From contig JADDPR010000266.1 of the NCBI GenBank assembly GCA_016781775.1, positions 6,485-70,484 on the forward strand: a stretch of DNA of 64,000 nucleotides, in the 5' to 3' direction. Source of the stretch: Rubrobacter sp. GTDB lineage: Bacteria; Actinomycetota; Rubrobacteria; Rubrobacterales; Rubrobacteraceae. Of the stretch, positions 59,088-64,000 are shown piece by piece. Each line of letters starts with the position of its first letter. Within the stretch, counting starts at the first letter, position 1. A program made the translations under genes and the position numbers. The notes under the pieces are model-generated. The model was not told the DNA's origin and did no database searches. It saw nothing but the letters and a program-made list of their open reading frames with translations.

Positions 59088-59121
59088 ACTTCCTCCTTAA
59101 ACTTCTACCATAACGTTGTAC

Positions 59122-59568
59122 TTAACCCTGCAGCCGGCTTCGCACGACCCCGGAGAGCTTCCGGCCGTCGGCCCTACCCGCGGCCACGGCGTTCGCCCGG
59201 CCCATCACCGCGCCCATCTCCCTCATGCTCGTGGCGCCCGTCTCGGCTATCGCCTGATCCACGAGGGCTTCGAGCTCCTCGTCCGAGAGCGGGGTGGGAA
59301 GATACACGCGGACCATCTCGGCTTCTCGCGTCTCGGCCTCGGCCTGCTCCTCCCTCCCGGCCTTGCGGTACGCCTCGGCCGACTCCTCCCGCTGCTTCAC
59401 CTGGCGCCGAAGAACCGCCATCTCCTCGTCGTCGTTCAGGGGTTGGCCCTTCTCGATCTCGGCGTTTTTGAGGGCGGCGGAGATCATGCGAAGGGCGGTG
59501 ACGCGCCCCTTGTCGCGGTCTCTCATCGCCTCTTTTGTATCACGTGCAACGTCATCGCGTATGGCCAT
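59122..59568 (-). CDS. GatB/YqeY domain protein
   Basis: KEAMRDRDK, LRMI, KQREES, YLP, MGAVMG, RADG. Confidence 0.92.
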   Translation of the reverse strand: MAIRDDVARDTKEAMRDRDKGRVTALRMISAALKNAEIEKGQPLNDDEEMAVLRRQVKQREESAEAYRKAGREEQAEAETREAEMVRVYLPTPLSDEELEALVDQAIAETGATSMREMGAVMGRANAVAAGRADGRKLSGVVRSRLQG

Positions 59569-59912
59569 TACGGCATCCTCACCCTCTCGCCGCCCATGAC
59601 GTGGGCGTGGAGGTGGAAGACCTCCTGGCCGGCGTCCGGGCCGTTGTTGATCCTGAAAGCGTACCCCGATTCGGCGATGCCCTCACCCTCGGCGACCCCC
59701 TGGGCGACCTCGAAGATGCGCTTCGCCACGCCGTCGGGGACGTTCCCGACCTCGGCGAGCGACGAGATGTGCTCCTTCGGGATGACGAGCACGTGAACCG
59801 GCGCTCTACCGTTTATGTCGCGGAAGGCGAGCACCCCGTCCTCGTCGCGCAAGATCTCGGCCTCGATCTCGCCCTTCACGATCTTGCAGAACACGCAACC
59901 TTCGTCGCTCAT
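59568..59912 (-). CDS. HIT-family nucleotide-binding protein
   Basis: CVFCKIVKGEI, AFRDI, HVLVIPK, GQEVFHLHAH. Confidence 0.95.
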   Translation of the reverse strand: MSDEGCVFCKIVKGEIEAEILRDEDGVLAFRDINGRAPVHVLVIPKEHISSLAEVGNVPDGVAKRIFEVAQGVAEGEGIAESGYAFRINNGPDAGQEVFHLHAHVMGGERVRMP

Positions 59913-60655
59913 GGTCTCCTCTCGCTTTTCCCTGCTATACCTTCTCCGATCCCACCCGGCACCGCGGCGCACGCCCGGGCGACCGCCACCATCCCCGCGG
60001 TCTCGCTGCGCAACCTGAACGGCCCGAGCGACGCGAGCTTCGCACCCTCCCCGACAGCGAGAGCTAACTCCCCCTCGCTGAAGCCCCCCTCGGGACCGAC
60101 GAAGAGTCCCACCGCAGAGTTCGGAACCGCGTCCTCGATCGGCGGCAGTTCGGGCCCGTTGTGCAGGAGCACCCCGGACTCGCCAGCCTCTCCCATAGCC
60201 TCGGCGAAAGGCACCGCCTCGCGAACCTCCGGGATGCGAAGCCTCTGCGACTGGCGGGCCGCCGCCAAAGCCACCCGGCGCCACCTCTCGACCTTGCCGT
60301 CGCCGCGGTCGAGCCGCACCACGCCATGCTCCGTTACGATCGGCACGATGGCGCCCACCCCGAGCTCCGTCGCCTTCTCCACCACGAGGTCCATGTGTCG
60401 CCCCTTGGGCACGGCCTGGTAGAGGGTTACGCGCCCCTCGTCGGCGGGGGCCGGGCGCTCCCCGGTCACGGACGCCTCCCGCCCTTCGGTGAGCTCGGCG
60501 ACGAAGAGCCGCCCCGAGCCATCGACGACCTCGATAGCCTCGCCGGCCCGCGCCCGGAGGACCTTGAAGAGGTGGTGACCCTCCTCGTCGGGCAGACGAA
60601 GGACGTCGCCTACGGAGAGGCTAACGTCGGAGAAGACGCGCGTGCGTACGGACAC
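59909..60655 (-). CDS. rsmE: 16S rRNA m3U1498 methyltransferase
   Basis: HHLFKVLR, EKATELG, AARQSQR, VGPEGGFS, LRSETA. Confidence 0.96.
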   Translation of the reverse strand: MSVRTRVFSDVSLSVGDVLRLPDEEGHHLFKVLRARAGEAIEVVDGSGRLFVAELTEGREASVTGERPAPADEGRVTLYQAVPKGRHMDLVVEKATELGVGAIVPIVTEHGVVRLDRGDGKVERWRRVALAAARQSQRLRIPEVREAVPFAEAMGEAGESGVLLHNGPELPPIEDAVPNSAVGLFVGPEGGFSEGELALAVGEGAKLASLGPFRLRSETAGMVAVARACAAVPGGIGEGIAGKSERRP

Positions 60656-60671
60656 GAGAGACCCGCCGAAC

Positions 60672-61799
60672 CTACCTGAAGACGGCCCTCAGGCGGTCGA
60701 AGAAGGAGTCGCCGCCGCCGTTGTAGGTCTCCTCGCCGCTGATCTCCTCGAAACGCCGCAACAGGTCGCGCTGCTCGTGGTTCATGCGCGTCGGCACCAT
60801 CACGTCCACGACGACCTTGAGGTCGCCCCGTCCCCGGCGTCTCAGGCGCGGCATCCCCTCGCCTCTGAGCGTCAGCGTCTCGCCGGGCTGAGTCCCCGGC
60901 TCCACCTTTACGCCCTTCTTGCCATCGAGCGTCGGCACCTCGGCCTCCGTGCCCAGGGAGGCCTCCACGAAGCTGACCCTCATCCTGTGTACGAGGTCGT
61001 CCCCGTCGCGCATGAGCTCCTCGTCTTCCTGCACCCTCACCCTGACGTACAGGTCCCCCGCAGGGGCGCCGCGCTCGCCCTTGTGGCCCTGGCCGGTGTG
61101 GCGAATCCGCATCCCGCTCTCGATCCCGCCGGGGATGGAGACCCGGCGCGTGACCACCTCGGAGACGCGCCCGCTGCCGTAGCAGTTCTCGCACATCTCC
61201 TCGATGATCCTGCCGCGTCCCGCGCAGGTCGGGCAGGCGCCCGTGCTGACCATCTGGCCGAGCAGGCTCTCCCGGACGGTCCTCACCGCGCCCGCGCCCC
61301 CGCAGGTCCCGCACTGGCGCGACTTCGTCCCGCCGATCCCGTCGCAGACCTCGCAGTTTTTGACCACCTGCACGTTGACTTCGCGCTCCGCCCCGAACGC
61401 GGCCTCCCGCAAGGAGATCTCCACCTCGGCCTCGACGTCCTCTCCGCGCGCCGGGGCCCGCCCGCCGCCGAAGAACGAGCCGCCGAACCGGTCCCCGAAA
61501 AACGCATCGAAGATGTCCTGGAAGCCGCCGAACGGGTCTCCGCCCATGCCGGGCCCACCGGCACCCCCGCCGCCGCGGGGAACCTGGTGTCCGTAGGTGT
61601 CGTAGGCCCTTCGCGACTCGGGGTTCGAGAGCACCTCGTAGGCCTCCGTCAGCTCCTTGAAGCGCTCCTCCGCCCCGGCGTCGTCCGGGTTAGCGTCGGG
61701 GTGGTGCTCGCGGGCGAGCCGCCGGTAAGATTTCTTGATCTCGGTATCGGAGGCCTCGCGCGCGAGGCCCAGGATCTCGTAGTAGTCACGCTTCGCCAA
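60672..61799 (-). CDS. dnaJ: Chaperone DnaJ
   Basis: J-domain with HPD, G/F region, four CxxCxGxG repeats. Confidence 0.98.
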   Translation of the reverse strand: MAKRDYYEILGLAREASDTEIKKSYRRLAREHHPDANPDDAGAEERFKELTEAYEVLSNPESRRAYDTYGHQVPRGGGGAGGPGMGGDPFGGFQDIFDAFFGDRFGGSFFGGGRAPARGEDVEAEVEISLREAAFGAEREVNVQVVKNCEVCDGIGGTKSRQCGTCGGAGAVRTVRESLLGQMVSTGACPTCAGRGRIIEEMCENCYGSGRVSEVVTRRVSIPGGIESGMRIRHTGQGHKGERGAPAGDLYVRVRVQEDEELMRDGDDLVHRMRVSFVEASLGTEAEVPTLDGKKGVKVEPGTQPGETLTLRGEGMPRLRRRGRGDLKVVVDVMVPTRMNHEQRDLLRRFEEISGEETYNGGGDSFFDRLRAVFR

Positions 61800-61811
61800 A
61801 GAGGATGCTCC

Positions 61812-62828
61812 TTAGAACCTGGAGTCGAGGTGCTGGGTCAATGCCTCCGCCGCCGAACGGACGGTGGAGATGGCGGCGCCGTACTCCATGCGCTTGGGCC
61901 CTATAAGGGTAACGACGCCGAAAGGCCGCTCGTGCCGGTTGTAGGCCGAGGCTACGAGGCTGGTCCCCGTGAGATTGTAGAAACCGGACTCGGCCCCGAT
62001 CGCGACGACCACCCCGCTGCTGGATACCGAGCGCCTGAGGGAATCCCCGACGAGCTTCAACAGCCAGCGCCGCCGCTCGAAGACCTCGACCACCGCCGCG
62101 AGGCTGGCGGGGTCCAGGTCGTCGAGACGGGCGAAGAGGGCCGAAGCCCCCCGAATAAACAGGCCTCGTTCCGTCGCCCGACCGAGAACCTCGACCGCCT
62201 GCAAGACCGCGCCCACGGCGAGCGGGTTGTAGTCCGAAAGGTAGCGCCGGGCCGACGAGAGCTGATCCGTCCCCACCGAGTACCCCCCGAGGAACGTGTT
62301 GAGGGAGGAGAGAATCCCCCGCACCTCTTCGTTCGGGACGTCGTGCGGCAGCGAGATGGTCGTGCTCGAAGACAGGCCATTCTCCGTGGTGACGACGACG
62401 AGGTGCGTCCCCTCCCGCAAGGGCAGGTGGTCCACCCGCGCCACCGAGTCGCCCAGGGCGCTCGGCCCCGCCACGACCGCGAGGAGGCGCGTTACCTCGC
62501 TCATCCCCTCCGAGACCCCCTGCAGGAGCTCGTCCACGTTACCGACGCCCTCCGGCGCCTCGAAAGAGGGACCGGTCGAGCCCGTCTCCTCGACCATCAG
62601 GGCATCCACGTAGTAGCGGTAGCCCGCGTCGGTCGGCACGCGCCCGGCGGAGGTGTGCGGGTGCGTCAGGAGCCCTTCGGCCTCCAGCGCCGCAAGTTCG
62701 GACCGTATAGTGGAGGAGCTCGCGTCGACCACGTCAACGAGGGAGGCGCTGCCGACAGGCGTGCCCGTCTGGATGTACAGCTCCAGCGTCTTCGTCAGTA
62801 TTTCGTGCTGTCTAGCGGAGATCGCCAT
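61812..62828 (-). CDS. hrcA: Heat-inducible transcription repressor HrcA
   Basis: YIQTGTPVGS, SSSTIRSEL, PHTSAGRVPTDAGYRYYVD, IGPKRMEY; ATG 7 nt after TGgTAGAAT. Confidence 0.96.
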   Translation of the reverse strand: MAISARQHEILTKTLELYIQTGTPVGSASLVDVVDASSSTIRSELAALEAEGLLTHPHTSAGRVPTDAGYRYYVDALMVEETGSTGPSFEAPEGVGNVDELLQGVSEGMSEVTRLLAVVAGPSALGDSVARVDHLPLREGTHLVVVTTENGLSSSTTISLPHDVPNEEVRGILSSLNTFLGGYSVGTDQLSSARRYLSDYNPLAVGAVLQAVEVLGRATERGLFIRGASALFARLDDLDPASLAAVVEVFERRRWLLKLVGDSLRRSVSSSGVVVAIGAESGFYNLTGTSLVASAYNRHERPFGVVTLIGPKRMEYGAAISTVRSAAEALTQHLDSRF

Positions 62829-62873
62829 GCCGAAAATTCTACCACGAGGGCTATCATTCCCCGCTCCCGAGCC

Positions 62874-62893
62874 GTGCACGTGCGCACATGCAC
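62874..62893. repeat. 20-bp near-perfect palindrome between lepA and hrcA
   Basis: GTGCACGTGC-GCACATGCAC, one mismatch. Confidence 0.6.
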
Positions 62894-62907
62894 AGGAGGC
62901 GTAGGGG

Positions 62908-64000
62908 CTAGAGCTTCAGCGCGGCGAGGAAGGCCTCCTGCGGTATCTCGACGCTCCCGACCTGCTTCATGCGCCGCTTGCCCGCCTTCTGCTTCTCGAG
63001 CAGCTTGCGCTTCCGGGAGATGTCGCCGCCGTAGCACTTGGCGATAACGTCCTTGCGGTAGGCGCGGACGGTCTCGCGCGCGATGACGCGCTTGCCCATA
63101 GCAGCCTGGATCGGCACCTCGAACTGCTGGCGCGGGATAAGCTCCTTGAGCTTCTCCACGAGCGCGCGCCCCCGGTAGTACGCCTTGTCGCGGTGGACGA
63201 TGATCGAGAGCGCGTCCACGACGTCGCCGGAGACGAGCACTTCGACCTTCACGAGGTCGGAGGCCTCGTAGCCCTTGAAGTCGTAGTCGAACGAGGCATA
63301 ACCCTTCGTCCGGCTCTTCAAGGCGTCGAAGAAGTCCGTGATGATCTCCGCGAGCGGCAGGTCGTACGTAAGCTGCACGCGCCGCGACGAGATGTACTCC
63401 ATCCCGACCTGCACCCCGCGCCGCTCGTGGCAGAGGCTCATCACCTGGCCAACGTACTCCTTCGGTCCTATAAGGGTGGCCCGCACCACGGGCTCCCGGA
63501 TCTCCAGGTACGACTCCGGCAGATCGCTCGGGTTCGTCACGATCCGGACCTCGTCCTCCATGACGACCTCGTACCGGGCGCTGGGAGAAGAAGCTATAAG
63601 GTCGAGGTCGAACTCCCGCTCCAGCCTCTCCTGCACGATCTCCATGTGAAGAAGCCCCAGGAAGCCGCACCTGAACCCGAACCCCATCTTGGAGTTCTCC
63701 GGCTCGAAGAAGAGCGAAGCGTCGTTGAGCTGAAGCTTCGACAGGGCGTCGCGCAGGCGCTCGAAGTCGTCGCCCTCCGTCGGGTACAGCCCGCTGAAGA
63801 CCGTCGGCAACGCCTGAGCGTAGCCCGGCAGCGCCTTCTCGGCCGGCTGGGCGACGCGCGTAACCGTGTCGCCGACGCGCAGGGCCTCTATGTCCTTGAG
63901 CCCGGCGATAACGTACCCGACCTCGCCCGCCTGCAGCGACGGGAGCGCCGTCGGCTTCGGCGAGTAGCACCCGACCTCCAGAAGCTCGAACCGCTCGTCC
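62908..64000 (-). CDS. lepA: Translation factor LepA/EF4 (5' end outside window)
   Basis: [56 protein letters not shown]. Confidence 0.98.
   Translation of the reverse strand, partial: DERFELLEVGCYSPKPTALPSLQAGEVGYVIAGLKDIEALRVGDTVTRVAQPAEKALPGYAQALPTVFSGLYPTEGDDFERLRDALSKLQLNDASLFFEPENSKMGFGFRCGFLGLLHMEIVQERLEREFDLDLIASSPSARYEVVMEDEVRIVTNPSDLPESYLEIREPVVRATLIGPKEYVGQVMSLCHERRGVQVGMEYISSRRVQLTYDLPLAEIITDFFDALKSRTKGYASFDYDFKGYEASDLVKVEVLVSGDVVDALSIIVHRDKAYYRGRALVEKLKELIPRQQFEVPIQAAMGKRVIARETVRAYRKDVIAKCYGGDISRKRKLLEKQKAGKRRMKQVGSVEIPQEAFLAALKL

Overview
High-GC bacterial chromosomal core region with every credible gene on the minus strand. Actinobacterial mIHF together with FtsA, SepF and a Firmicute-like phoH-pgpH-ybeY-dgkA-cdd-era-recO block suggests a deep-branching actinobacterium such as Rubrobacter (inference). 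Right to left it carries: lepA-hrcA-dnaJ-rsmE-HIT-yqeY-phoH-pgpH-ybeY-dgkA-cdd-era-deoC-recO-dgt; an accessory LOG + AAC(3)-family insertion; dnaG; tRNA-Asn and tRNA-Ile2; the dcw cluster (mraZ to ftsZ, no murE); the ylm/divIVA cluster; rluD; the pyr operon with a PyrR RNA site; mIHF-gmk-rpoZ-coaBC-metK-priA-def-fmt; a PglD-like gene + pilD + pilMNO(P); and aroC-K-B-Q, efp, nusB. Most notable: (1) a 380-aa LAGLIDADG intein in the zinc-binding motif of DnaG primase, whose +1 nucleophile is the fourth Zn-ligand Cys; (2) several conserved genes that appear to need non-canonical start codons (CTG for mraZ and ftsQ, ACG for phoH, ATA/ACG/CTG for rluD, ATA for the PglD-like gene), alongside five exact TAnnnT-N7-start leaderless signatures; (3) a homopolymer frameshift in pilD; (4) apparently catalytically degenerate PriA helicase, CoaC and PglD-like domains. 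All calls come from reading motifs by eye; no database searches were run.
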